From positions 3,040,001 through 3,104,000 of the forward strand of contig CBDCTH010000012.1 of the NCBI GenBank assembly GCA_965222155.1: a stretch of DNA of 64,000 nucleotides, in the 5' to 3' direction. Position numbers and translations under genes: made by a program. How positions within the stretch are numbered: the stretch's first letter is position 1; the number at the start of each line of letters is the position of its first letter. This DNA comes from Gammaproteobacteria bacterium. GTDB taxonomy: Bacteria > Pseudomonadota > Gammaproteobacteria > Eutrophobiales > Eutrophobiaceae. A model generated the notes under the pieces. The model was not told the origin of the DNA, made no database searches, and saw only the letters and a program-made list of their open reading frames with translations. Shown piece by piece: positions 45,638 to 55,155 of the stretch.

Positions 45638-47932
45638 ATGTCCGCTGTTTCATGCTTCCTGAAGCCACATCAACGTTACAGCCTGCCTGACAAGAGGCGC
45701 CTGCTGCCCGTCACCGCGCTGTACGCGGGATTGGCCCTGGCCGCCTTCAACTTGCCGGCATTCGCCGCGAACCAGGAAATCAATGAGGAGATTACTGTTG
45801 TAGGCAGCTCGGACGAGGCCCAAAGCGTTGCCGGGGCGGCTCACTTCATTGGTCAGGAGGAACTGGAGAAATTTTCCTATTCCGATATCCAGCGTATCGG
45901 GCGCGAGGTGCCGGGTGTGTCACTACAGGTGGAAGACGGTTACGGTCTGCGTCCCAACATCAGTATCCGCGGTGTAGCCACGGAGCGCAGCGGCCGTATC
46001 ACTCTGCTGGAGGATGGCGTGCTGATTGCCCCGGCGCCCTATTCGGCGCCGTCGGCCTATTACTTCCCCACGGCGGGCCGCATGAATGCATTCGAGGTGC
46101 TGAAAGGCCCCGCCGCGATCACCCAGGGGCCCTACACCATCGGCGGTGCGCTTAACATGATCTCGACACCCATCCCGAATGAACTGCAGGGCCGGGTGAT
46201 GGCAGAGGGCGGTGAAGATGCGACTTACCGGGTCCATGCCCACTACGGCGGCGAGCTGGGGAACGGTCTTGGATTCCTGGTCGAAACACATCAATGGGGA
46301 ACGGACGGCTTCCAGAACCTGGATAACGATGGCGGCGATACCGGGCTCAGGCTGGAAGACTATACGCTAAAGCTGCGGTACGCTTCTCCCGCTTCCCGTC
46401 ACCAGCTGGACTTTAAATTTCAATACGCCGATCAGGATTCGGAACAAAGCTACCTCGGGCTGACCGATGCGGATTTTGCGGAGGACCCATATCGCCGCTA
46501 TGGCGCGTCGGAACTGGACAATATCGCCACGCAGCACTTCCAGTACATCTTGCGTTACAAGCTGGAACTTACCGACAGACTGACCTTGGCCATAACCGGT
46601 TACAACAATGAACACGAACGCGACTGGTTCAAAACCGAAGGTCTGGACGCGGACGGCAGCCCGAGTGCCGAGGAGTTCAGCCGAACCAGTTGGTTCAACG
46701 TTATCCGGGCGGTAAATCAGGGCAGCGGGCTGGGCGCGCTGACTCCGGTCGAACTTCAGGGCATCCTGGATGGCTCGATTGATACCGCCCCCGGCAGCAT
46801 ACAGGTCCGCTCCAACGCTCGTGAATACTTCTCCCGCGGCGTGCAGTTCAATTTCAACTGGAACGGTGAGATCGGTGCGACTCGCCATGACCTGGAAATC
46901 GGCGTCCGCTACCACGAAGACGAAGAAGACAGGCTGCAGCGCAACAGCTCCTACCACCAGGAAAACGCCAGGCTGGTGCTGGACGATCCGGGGTTGCTGG
47001 GTAATGCCGGTAACCGCGTGCAGGAGGCCGAGGCTGTCGCCGTGCATATCTATGATCACATTGAATGGGGCAACTGGGTGCTGAGCCCGGGAATCCGCTA
47101 TGAAGACATCGACCAGAAGCGCACCCGCTGGCGCGACCGGGGCGATCAGGCCGGCGCGCGCAACACATTCCGGGACAGCCGGAAAAACAGCACCAAAGTA
47201 TGGCTCCCCGGCCTAGGCATTCTCTACCGTATGAATGACAACCTGGCGCTGCTGGCAGGCATCCACAAAGGTTTTACCGCGCCCAGTAATGCGCCGGACG
47301 TGAAAGAGGAGAAGGCGATCAACTATGAACTGGGCTTCAGGTACGCGCACAACGGCCTGCGCGGAGAGGTGATTGGTTTCCTTAGTGATTACGACAACAT
47401 CCTCGGCGAATGCACGTCGTCATCCGGCGCCGACTGTACGGTCGGCGACGCATTCGATGGCGATGCGGCGACGGTTGCCGGCGTGGAAGTGCTGCTATCA
47501 GCCAACCTGACCCCGGACCACAGCTTCAGCCTGCCGCTGTCATTCGTTTACACTTATATAGACGCCGAATTTGACACGGACATCGCCGTCACCGACTTTT
47601 TCGGCGACGTGAGTAAAGGCGACCCCATCCCCTACATACCGGAGCACCAGTTACGGGTATCTGCCGGCATTGAACAATCGCGCTGGGCCGCGTATATCAG
47701 CGCGAATTACGTGGACGAGGTATGTGTGCGCGCCTCCTGTGCTGATTTTGAACGCACCGATGCAGCGCTGACGGTCGATATAGCCGCCAACTTCCGCTAT
47801 AACGACAGGATATCCTTGTTTGGCCGCATGGAAAACGTCACCGGAGAGGAAGACATACTGGGCCGCCACCCCTACGGCGCCCGGCCGAACAAGGACCGGA
47901 CCACCATTGCCGGCGTCCGCATCGGATTTTAA
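45638..47932 (+). CDS. TonB-dependent iron receptor (FecA-like)
   Basis: TonB box EEITVVG, plug EDGYGLRPNISIRG..EVLKG, C-terminal Phe. Confidence 0.9.
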   Translation: MSAVSCFLKPHQRYSLPDKRRLLPVTALYAGLALAAFNLPAFAANQEINEEITVVGSSDEAQSVAGAAHFIGQEELEKFSYSDIQRIGREVPGVSLQVEDGYGLRPNISIRGVATERSGRITLLEDGVLIAPAPYSAPSAYYFPTAGRMNAFEVLKGPAAITQGPYTIGGALNMISTPIPNELQGRVMAEGGEDATYRVHAHYGGELGNGLGFLVETHQWGTDGFQNLDNDGGDTGLRLEDYTLKLRYASPASRHQLDFKFQYADQDSEQSYLGLTDADFAEDPYRRYGASELDNIATQHFQYILRYKLELTDRLTLAITGYNNEHERDWFKTEGLDADGSPSAEEFSRTSWFNVIRAVNQGSGLGALTPVELQGILDGSIDTAPGSIQVRSNAREYFSRGVQFNFNWNGEIGATRHDLEIGVRYHEDEEDRLQRNSSYHQENARLVLDDPGLLGNAGNRVQEAEAVAVHIYDHIEWGNWVLSPGIRYEDIDQKRTRWRDRGDQAGARNTFRDSRKNSTKVWLPGLGILYRMNDNLALLAGIHKGFTAPSNAPDVKEEKAINYELGFRYAHNGLRGEVIGFLSDYDNILGECTSSSGADCTVGDAFDGDAATVAGVEVLLSANLTPDHSFSLPLSFVYTYIDAEFDTDIAVTDFFGDVSKGDPIPYIPEHQLRVSAGIEQSRWAAYISANYVDEVCVRASCADFERTDAALTVDIAANFRYNDRISLFGRMENVTGEEDILGRHPYGARPNKDRTTIAGVRIGF

Positions 47933-48039
47933 TCAACTCCGCGACAGGAGTGATCGGCCCGTACTTCCTGGTAGGAGAAGCGGGTCAAGACAGGGAACTT
48001 TCAAACTCAGCAACGTTATACTCTTGTCGTAACTGGAGT

Positions 48040-48073
48040 GGGGGCGTATATTCAGGCACGCCCCCCCTTTTTT
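48040..48073 (+). terminator. Intrinsic terminator-like hairpin just before the Fe3+ ABC operon
   Basis: GGGGGCGT-N10-ACGCCCCC-CC-TTTTTT. Confidence 0.6.
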
Positions 48074-48090
48074 ACAAGATAAGGAACAAG

Positions 48091-49098
48091 ATGAGATATA
48101 TACCCCTGTTATTTTTTGTTGTCCTGGCTCATCAGGCAGGACAGACAGAAGAAGTCAACGTCTACTCCGGCCGCAAGGAGGCCCTGATTAAACCGTTGTT
48201 CGACGAATTCACGGAACAGACGGGGATCAGGGTTAACCTGGTCACGGGCAAGGCGGATGCGTTGATTAAACGCCTGGAGCTTGAGGGTGAAAAATCACCG
48301 GCGGACCTGTTGCTGACCGTGGACGCGGGACGCCTGCATCGGGCAAAGGAACAAGGCTTGCTGCAGGCAATCACTTCCGCAGAACTCAACGAGGCGGTGC
48401 CGGAAAACTATCGCGACCCCCAGGGATATTGGTACGGCCTGTCAATCAGGGCGCGGGTAATAGTCCACTCCAAGGCAAATATCGAGCCGCTACGGCTTTC
48501 CACCTATGAAGCCCTGGCCGGTCCCGTCTGGAAGAAACAGCTTTGCGTGCGCTCCTCATCCAACATCTATAACCAGTCACTGGTTGCCTCCATGTTTGCC
48601 CACCACGGGCTGGAGAAAGCGGAATCCTGGATCAGGGGCCTGGTCGGCAATTTCGCCAGAGACCCCAAAGGCGGCGACCGGGACCAGATCAAGGCCGTGG
48701 CGGCGGGGCAATGCAATGTGGCGCTGATCAACACGTACTACCTGGCAGGTATGCTTGACTCGGATATCGATAGTGAAGTCGCCGCGGCAAACAAGGTGGC
48801 ACTGTTCTGGCCGAACCAGGCGGGAAGAGGCACCCACGTCAATGTCAGCGGCGCCGGCGTAACAAGGTCGGCAGGACACAAGGGCGCCGCTGTGCGCTTG
48901 CTGGAATACCTGGTCAGCATCCCGGCGCAGGAATGGTACGGAAAAACGAACCATGAATTTCCCGTCCGGGAAGGTGTTACCGGAGACAGCATCCTGCAAT
49001 CCTGGGGCGCGTTCAAGGCCGACAACTTGAACCTGGCAGTGCTGGGGGAAAATAACCAGGCTGCCGTGCGCGCCATGGACCGGGGCGGCTGGAAGTAA
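48091..49098 (+). CDS. fbpA: Fe(3+) ABC transporter substrate-binding protein (FutA/FbpA)
   Basis: VNVYSGR, SPAD..TVDAGRL, RSSSNIYNQS, NTYY, HVNVSG. Confidence 0.9.
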   Translation: MRYIPLLFFVVLAHQAGQTEEVNVYSGRKEALIKPLFDEFTEQTGIRVNLVTGKADALIKRLELEGEKSPADLLLTVDAGRLHRAKEQGLLQAITSAELNEAVPENYRDPQGYWYGLSIRARVIVHSKANIEPLRLSTYEALAGPVWKKQLCVRSSSNIYNQSLVASMFAHHGLEKAESWIRGLVGNFARDPKGGDRDQIKAVAAGQCNVALINTYYLAGMLDSDIDSEVAAANKVALFWPNQAGRGTHVNVSGAGVTRSAGHKGAAVRLLEYLVSIPAQEWYGKTNHEFPVREGVTGDSILQSWGAFKADNLNLAVLGENNQAAVRAMDRGGWK

Positions 49099-49112
49099 TA
49101 CAGCCCTAAGCA

Positions 49113-50789
49113 ATGGCTGCTTCCATGCCGTTATTCCGGCAAAGCCTCACCGGATTTACTCTCCCTCCTCCCTGGGTGGCCCTGACCATCCTGGTGGCCG
49201 GGGTGCTGTTGCTGCCCGTCATCGTCGTAGCAGCGTCGGTTTTTCTGTCCAGCGGCGACGTGTGGCAACACCTCTATGCCACGGTTCTTGGGGAGTACAT
49301 CGTCAATTCGCTGCTGCTGGTGGCCGGGGTGGGCTGCCTGGCCCTGCCCCTGGGCGTGATCCCTGCCTGGCTGGTGACCTTGTACCGGTTCCCCTGCAGC
49401 CGCCAACTGGAGTGGGCTCTGCTGCTCCCCCTGGCCATGCCCGCGTACATCATCGCCTACACCTACACCGGCCTGCTGGACGTGGCCGGCCCGTTGCAGT
49501 CCTGGTTGCGCGAGGCATTTGCCTGGGGCTACGGTGATTACTGGTTTCCCGACATCCGCTCCCTGCCCGGCGCGGTCCTGATGCTGTCCCTGGTGCTGTA
49601 CCCCTATATCTACCTGCTGGCCCGGACCGCTTTCCTGGAACAGTCCGCCTGCGTCGTCGAGGTCGCCCGGACCCTGGGTGTCCGGCCGGCAAGGGTGTTC
49701 TTCAAGGTGGTGTTGCCGCTGGCGCGTCCGGCGATCATTGTCGGACTGTCCCTGGTGATGATGGAGACCCTGGCGGATTACGGCACCGTGCAATACTTCG
49801 GCGTGGCGACATTTACCACCGGCATCTTCAAGACCTGGTTCGGACTGGGCAGCAGCATCGCTGCCGCCCAACTGTCCGCGCTGCTGCTGTTCTTCGTGCT
49901 GTTCCTGATCATCCTGGAACAGCGCTCGCGCCGCCAGTCCCGCTATCATCACACCAGCACCCGTTACGGTCGCCTGGAACAGAGCAAACTGCACAACCGG
50001 CGCGGTTTGACGGCCCTGGTCGTGTGTGCGCTGCCGGTATTGTTCGGATTTGTCATCCCGGCCTGCCAGTTGCTGTCATGGGGCATGCAAACCTGGCGCG
50101 CGTCCCTGGACGCCGGGTTTTTCGGCCTGGTAGGGAACAGCATCAAACTGGCCCTGATCACCGCCTTGCTTGCGACGATCCTGGCGCTGGCAATCAGTTA
50201 TGCCCGGCGCCTGCAACCCGGCATAATGGCGAACTCGCTCAACCGCCTGTTGGGTATGGGTTATGCCGTCCCGGGTACCGTGATTGCGGTAGGCGTACTG
50301 CTTCCCTTCATCTGGCTGGACCGCCACCTGAGCTACTGGCTCGGTTTGCTGTCCGGCGCCGACCCCGGTCTGCTGTTGAGTGGCTCCATCGTCATCCTGG
50401 TTTTTGCCTACCTGGTGCGCTTCCTGGCGCTGTCCCTGAATACGGTGGACGTCGGCCTGGCAAAGATCAAGCCATCGATGGACGAGGCGGGAAGGAGTCT
50501 GGGCGTCAGCGGCTTCAGGTTGTTGCGCCGGGTCCATGTCCCCGTCCTGCGCGGCACTATGCTCACTGCCATGCTGCTGGTGTTTGTCGACGTCCTGAAA
50601 GAACTGCCGGCGACACTGATATTGCGGCCGTTCAATTTCAACACGCTGGCGATCCGCACCTACGAGCTGGCCAACGAAGAGAGGCTGGCCGCCGCCGCGT
50701 TCCCGGCCCTGGCGATCGTGCTGGCGGGCATCATTCCCGTTATCATACTCAGCCGGGCCATTACACAATCACGTTCCGCTTATGCTTGA
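49113..50789 (+). CDS. fbpB: Fe(3+) ABC transporter permease
   Basis: LPLAMPAY, METLADYG, KELPATL.LRPFNF.TLA. Confidence 0.9.
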   Translation: MAASMPLFRQSLTGFTLPPPWVALTILVAGVLLLPVIVVAASVFLSSGDVWQHLYATVLGEYIVNSLLLVAGVGCLALPLGVIPAWLVTLYRFPCSRQLEWALLLPLAMPAYIIAYTYTGLLDVAGPLQSWLREAFAWGYGDYWFPDIRSLPGAVLMLSLVLYPYIYLLARTAFLEQSACVVEVARTLGVRPARVFFKVVLPLARPAIIVGLSLVMMETLADYGTVQYFGVATFTTGIFKTWFGLGSSIAAAQLSALLLFFVLFLIILEQRSRRQSRYHHTSTRYGRLEQSKLHNRRGLTALVVCALPVLFGFVIPACQLLSWGMQTWRASLDAGFFGLVGNSIKLALITALLATILALAISYARRLQPGIMANSLNRLLGMGYAVPGTVIAVGVLLPFIWLDRHLSYWLGLLSGADPGLLLSGSIVILVFAYLVRFLALSLNTVDVGLAKIKPSMDEAGRSLGVSGFRLLRRVHVPVLRGTMLTAMLLVFVDVLKELPATLILRPFNFNTLAIRTYELANEERLAAAAFPALAIVLAGIIPVIILSRAITQSRSAYA

Positions 50790-51813
50790 AATCAAAAACC
50801 TGGCCATCCTGTTCGATGGCAAAACCATCATTTCGGACATATCTTTAAGTCTGGAGCAAGGCAGGATCGGTTGCCTGCTGGGCCCCAGTGGCTGCGGCAA
50901 GACCACCTTGTTACGCACCATAGCCGGGTTTGAGCAACCCCGGCGCGGCGAGGTCCGGGTTAACGGCCGCTGTTTCAGCAGTCCCTCATCACTGCTCCCC
51001 GTGGAGCAGAGAGGCGTGGGCATGGTGTTCCAGGACTTCGCCCTGTTTCCGCACCTGGCAGTGCGCGACAATATCGCCTTCGGTCTGCAGGAGCAGGCAG
51101 GGGAAGCGCGCCGGGCCCGGGTAGACGAAGTGGTGCAGGCGCTTGAGATCGCCGATTTCCAGCACAAGTATCCCCACCAGTTGTCAGGAGGCCAGCAACA
51201 ACGGGTCGCTATTGCCAGGGCGCTGGCGCCGCGTCCCGACATGTTGCTGCTGGACGAACCCTTCTCCAACATGGACATAGAGCTGAGGGAACAGATCGCC
51301 CGGGAACTGCGCATGATCCTCAAACAGGACGGCATGACGACGATCCTGGTGACCCATAACCAGCTCGAAGCGTTTGCCATGGCGGACGAAATCGGCGTCA
51401 TCCGGGACGGCGTACTGCTGCAATGGGACAATGCATTCAACCTGTATCACCGGCCCGCCGGCCCGGACGTTGCTGATTTCATCGGGGAAGGCGTCTTCCT
51501 GGACGGCACCGTGCTCAGCACGACGGAGGTGGCGACCGAACTTGGCGTGTTGAGCGGTTCCGTCCCCCACGACATGGCGCCGCCGGCGCAGGTATCCTTG
51601 CTGGTGCGTCCGGACGATATCATCCACGACGACAACAGCAAACAGACCGCAACGGTACAAGACAAGGTCTTTCGCGGCGCCGAGTTTCTCTACACCCTGA
51701 CCCTTCCCAGCGGCGCCCGGATATTGAGCCTGGTCCCCAGCCACCACGACCACGCCATTGGAGAAAAAATAGGCATCCGCCCGGAAATCGACCACCTGGT
51801 GGTGTTTGAGTGA
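50782..51813 (+). CDS. fbpC: Fe(3+) ABC transporter ATP-binding protein
   Basis: GPSGCGKTT, LSGGQQQR, LLDEPF. Confidence 0.88.
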   Translation: MLEIKNLAILFDGKTIISDISLSLEQGRIGCLLGPSGCGKTTLLRTIAGFEQPRRGEVRVNGRCFSSPSSLLPVEQRGVGMVFQDFALFPHLAVRDNIAFGLQEQAGEARRARVDEVVQALEIADFQHKYPHQLSGGQQQRVAIARALAPRPDMLLLDEPFSNMDIELREQIARELRMILKQDGMTTILVTHNQLEAFAMADEIGVIRDGVLLQWDNAFNLYHRPAGPDVADFIGEGVFLDGTVLSTTEVATELGVLSGSVPHDMAPPAQVSLLVRPDDIIHDDNSKQTATVQDKVFRGAEFLYTLTLPSGARILSLVPSHHDHAIGEKIGIRPEIDHLVVFE

Positions 51814-51834
51814 CAAAGTCTGGTGGTTGATATC

Positions 51835-51921
51835 TTAAGCTAATCCAAATGTGATGATAGTGTATTCGTAGCTTTCAGCAAGATCAGTGGTCGCTTTGGA
51901 TGATAGACTATAGGCGGCCAT
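51835..51921 (-). pseudogene. Truncated ParE toxin
   Basis: MAAYSLSSKATTDLAESYEYTIITFGLA* matches a ParE N-terminus only. Confidence 0.6.
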
Positions 51922-52084
51922 CGACTCCAAGTCGAGCTTCGATTTCCTCCATGATGTCACTGACTGTCTTATTGCTCACACCGCTATTCATGCCTTCCTG
52001 AATTGCGGCTTTGAGCGCCAGAAACCTGGAGTTATGCTTGTGGAGCGCGGTTTTGACAGTAGTTTGTTTACCTGCTTTTTTCAT
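51908..52084 (-). CDS. Short ParD-like antitoxin (58 aa)
   Basis: ..FLALKAAIQEGMNSG..VSDIMEEIEARL; overlaps the ParE start; AAGGA RBS. Confidence 0.55.
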   Translation of the reverse strand: MKKAGKQTTVKTALHKHNSRFLALKAAIQEGMNSGVSNKTVSDIMEEIEARLGVDGRL

Positions 52085-52142
52085 AGAGTATCCTTATTTG
52101 ACGTTTCAACCTGTTGATTTTTCGCCGGATTCTCCAGCGCTA

Positions 52143-52868
52143 TCAGTAAGGCGGTTCAGCCGGTCCGTCGTAGCCACAGACGCCTGTGCGCGGGGAGTTG
52201 AAGATACCCATCAGGCCACCGTATTCGTCGTGTTCACTATGGGCTGCGGCGTCATCGCCGCAGACGAAGCCTTGCTCAACTTCGTCGTCGCTGTCGTAGC
52301 AGTCATGACATATCCACTGCGCGGGTTTGCTGCAAACATTGCATGGGGGTGGCTCGAAATTGTTACGCGCCATCAACGCAACAGCGTTTCCGGTTGTTGG
52401 CCCTCCGGTACGTTGTCCGACTACTTTGAGCGTTAACTCGGTAGTTGAACCAAAGTCATATTCGTAGTCAATCTCCAGGCCGGCCTTCAAGACCCGCTCT
52501 AGCTTGACATCCATTGACTTTTTGTCTTCTCCATAGTCAAACAGTTTGGGGGTAATCTGTGTGTAACGCCGTCCCCGGATGGTGAAATCGCTCATATGAC
52601 CACAACATTCGAGCCAAATCCAGCGCAAATAGTCGTCCAGGTCCGTTAATGTTGCGCGCCCACGTACTTCAAGTTGCAGCCAGTATCCCAGGTCGTACGC
52701 GTCCTGCACTTGAAGGTGATACTGCTTTTCGCGGCGCCCTCGTTCATTGGCCTGGCGTATTTTGTTCTGCCGTTGCGCGCAACTCTGCAAATGCCTGACC
52801 ATGCGGCTTCGGGTTATCTCATTGTGACAATAATTGCAAACGCCTTTGGTCTGTCTGCTACGCGCCAT
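52143..52868 (-). CDS. pRiA4b ORF-3-like protein with Cys/His clusters
   Basis: LDDYLR.IWLECCGHMSDF, YEYDFGSTT.L, NSPR.GVCGY. Confidence 0.75.
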   Translation of the reverse strand: MARSRQTKGVCNYCHNEITRSRMVRHLQSCAQRQNKIRQANERGRREKQYHLQVQDAYDLGYWLQLEVRGRATLTDLDDYLRWIWLECCGHMSDFTIRGRRYTQITPKLFDYGEDKKSMDVKLERVLKAGLEIDYEYDFGSTTELTLKVVGQRTGGPTTGNAVALMARNNFEPPPCNVCSKPAQWICHDCYDSDDEVEQGFVCGDDAAAHSEHDEYGGLMGIFNSPRTGVCGYDGPAEPPY

Positions 52869-52993
52869 ATATTCAGTTAAGCTGAACTGTGGTTATTTCC
52901 TGGTTAGTTTACAGATCATACGTCATACCCAGCAAATGAAGAAGCACTGTATTGCATCGATCTCAAAGAGATAAATCAGAGCTATGTAAGGTG

Positions 52994-53796
52994 TTACAGT
53001 TTCCCAATCATGGCGATGAAATTCCGTTTTCGCTTATGTGTCCTACGCAAGGCGTCCAGGTAACTTCCGGCAGCCGCTCAAAGATAACATGCATGTGGCC
53101 ATCGGAATCATCCATGCTTGGCATCGCCTCTTCTGCCTTACGTAGGGCAAACTCGGTTAACTGAATGACCGCCTCGGCCTGGCCGTTCCTGAGTAGTGTT
53201 TCAACGGAATCGACGGCGGTCTCAACAGTTTTGGCATAACCATAAGCAGCCTGATAATCGATGAAATATCCGGGAAGTATTGTCTCTTCGAGCGCCTTCT
53301 GCACGACTGAGATATTCGTATCTCCCCCAATATCGCGGGCGACCTTCAGTTGCAGTTGCCTGTACAGGCTTTGATCGTCCATTGCCTGTTCGACCAGCAG
53401 CTCAGCAAGCGTGGCGACGTCCTGTTTTTGTAACCAGGCATGAATATCTTCTGCGCTAATTTCCTTGCGGGCTTTTTTCCGGGGAGGTCTCCGAGTGGAT
53501 TTGTTATCGCCGGCAGCTTCAGTTCCGGTTTGCTCCAACAGCGCCAGCCCTACCGCCACGCAATGTTTGCAGAATACATAGTCCAGGCCATCTGGGCAAC
53601 TGCATCCATAATCCAGTTCTCCGTTCTTTTCCCACAAATTCACCTGGTAATCCTGAGTGCCTGTCACTGTAGCGCTGATCCTTTCCCGGTATTTACGCAG
53701 GCTGGCTACCGCGCCGCCATGATAATATTCCTGGCCCCGCTGAAACCTGAGACTGTCTGTCAGGGAGCGCAAACGTTTTTCAGTAATCATGCTCAT
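52994..53796 (-). pseudogene. SWIM zinc-finger protein with internal deletion and frameshift
   Basis: CSCP..FCKHCVA, DDSDG. A C-terminus-like YLDALRRTHKRKRNFIAMIGKL* follows in another frame. Confidence 0.7.
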
Positions 53797-54135
53797 GGAT
53801 ATTCAAAGGATAACATCAGAGTGAATCATAAACTGCTCTGTAGCATTATCAAATCATCATCCAGGCCATGACGCAAGACGTCTCACTATCTATTTCCAGT
53901 TGCAGCTCCGTTGCTCGCGTTTTTCGGTACGGCCTTTCGCAATGCCTTATCAGATGAGATTTGAGGACTGAAGAAGGTGATGATTTCTTTCATTGATCTA
54001 TCGGCCAATCAGGTATATTCGCAGCGTTTTCATATATGTTATTTTCTGACACTGCCTGGAAGTTGGATAAAAGAAGAAAACATCCACCTGAACTTCTTTA
54101 TAATATCAAAATTCAGAGGGTTGCCCCTTGCATTC

Positions 54136-54501
54136 ATGATGAAAGAAAAAAAAGTGACCGGGATTACCCGGATTATCAAAGCCACGATATATTCCTACCG
54201 GGGACTGGTAACCTGTTTTAAAACCGAGGCCGCGTTTCGGCAGGAACTGGCCCTGGCGCTGGTGTTGGTGCCGCTTGGCCTGTGGCTGGGTAATTCCGGG
54301 ATAGAGCGGGCATTGCTCGCAGGCAGTATCCTGCTGGTTCTGATAGTCGAATTATTGAATACCGGTGTCGAATACGTCGTTGATCGATTCGGGGGTGAAA
54401 TTCACGAATTATCCGGCAAGGCAAAGGACATCGCATCCGCAGCAGTGTTTCTTGCCTTGTGCAACGTTGCCGTCGTGTGGGCCCTGGTCCTGTTTTTTTA
54501 A
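54136..54501 (+). CDS. dgkA: Diacylglycerol kinase
   Basis: YS..G...EAAFRQE, ELLNT.VE.VVD, H.LSG.AKD.ASAAV. Confidence 0.95.
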   Translation: MMKEKKVTGITRIIKATIYSYRGLVTCFKTEAAFRQELALALVLVPLGLWLGNSGIERALLAGSILLVLIVELLNTGVEYVVDRFGGEIHELSGKAKDIASAAVFLALCNVAVVWALVLFF

Positions 54502-54656
54502 TCTCGACCTGGTTCACACATTAAGACGAAGTTCAGCCATTATGCTGTTTTACATCACTGAGTAAAATTACTCAATGATGTAAATAAAAATGCATTTAAC
54601 CTGTTTTTCCAATCAGTTACACACACCTGACAGAAGATCTTTATTGAGGTATCCCC

Positions 54657-55145
54657 ATGAAACTAGCTGGCTCATGCCATTGCGGCGCAGTGAAGTTCAG
54701 CGTTAATTCCCCCCATCCGTATCCGTTCAATTTTTGCTATTGCTGCATCTGCCGGAAGACGGCGGGAGGTGGTGGCTATGCTATCAATCTCGGCGCCGAG
54801 TTTGCGACGCTGGAGGTCAGCGGACGGGAAAATATCTCGGTGTATCGTGCCAGGATGAAAGATGAGGAGTCGGGAGAGTTCACGGAAAGCCCCGGCGAGC
54901 GTTCATTCTGCAGGACCTGTGCCAGTGCCCTGTGGGTGTGGGACCCGCGCTGGCCGCACCTGGTGCATCCGTTCGTATCGGTCGTCGACAGTGAATTGCC
55001 TGTTGCCCCAGAGCGTACCCACCTCATGCTGGACAGCAAGGTAGATTGGGTACAGGCAGACATCAGGGCTAACGACAAGACCTTCCCGCACTACCCGGAA
55101 GAGTCCCTGGCGGAGTGGCATGAACGCCTGGGCCTGGTGTGTTGA
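54657..55145 (+). CDS. GFA family protein
   Basis: GSCHCG, CYC.ICRK, FCRTCASALW. Confidence 0.9.
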   Translation: MKLAGSCHCGAVKFSVNSPHPYPFNFCYCCICRKTAGGGGYAINLGAEFATLEVSGRENISVYRARMKDEESGEFTESPGERSFCRTCASALWVWDPRWPHLVHPFVSVVDSELPVAPERTHLMLDSKVDWVQADIRANDKTFPHYPEESLAEWHERLGLVC

Positions 55146-55155
55146 GAAATGGGGC

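Noticed and set aside
47933-48073. Cobalamin riboswitch (ACAGGGAA motif)
   Set aside because: The other B12-box elements are missing and the downstream genes are Fe3+ transport.
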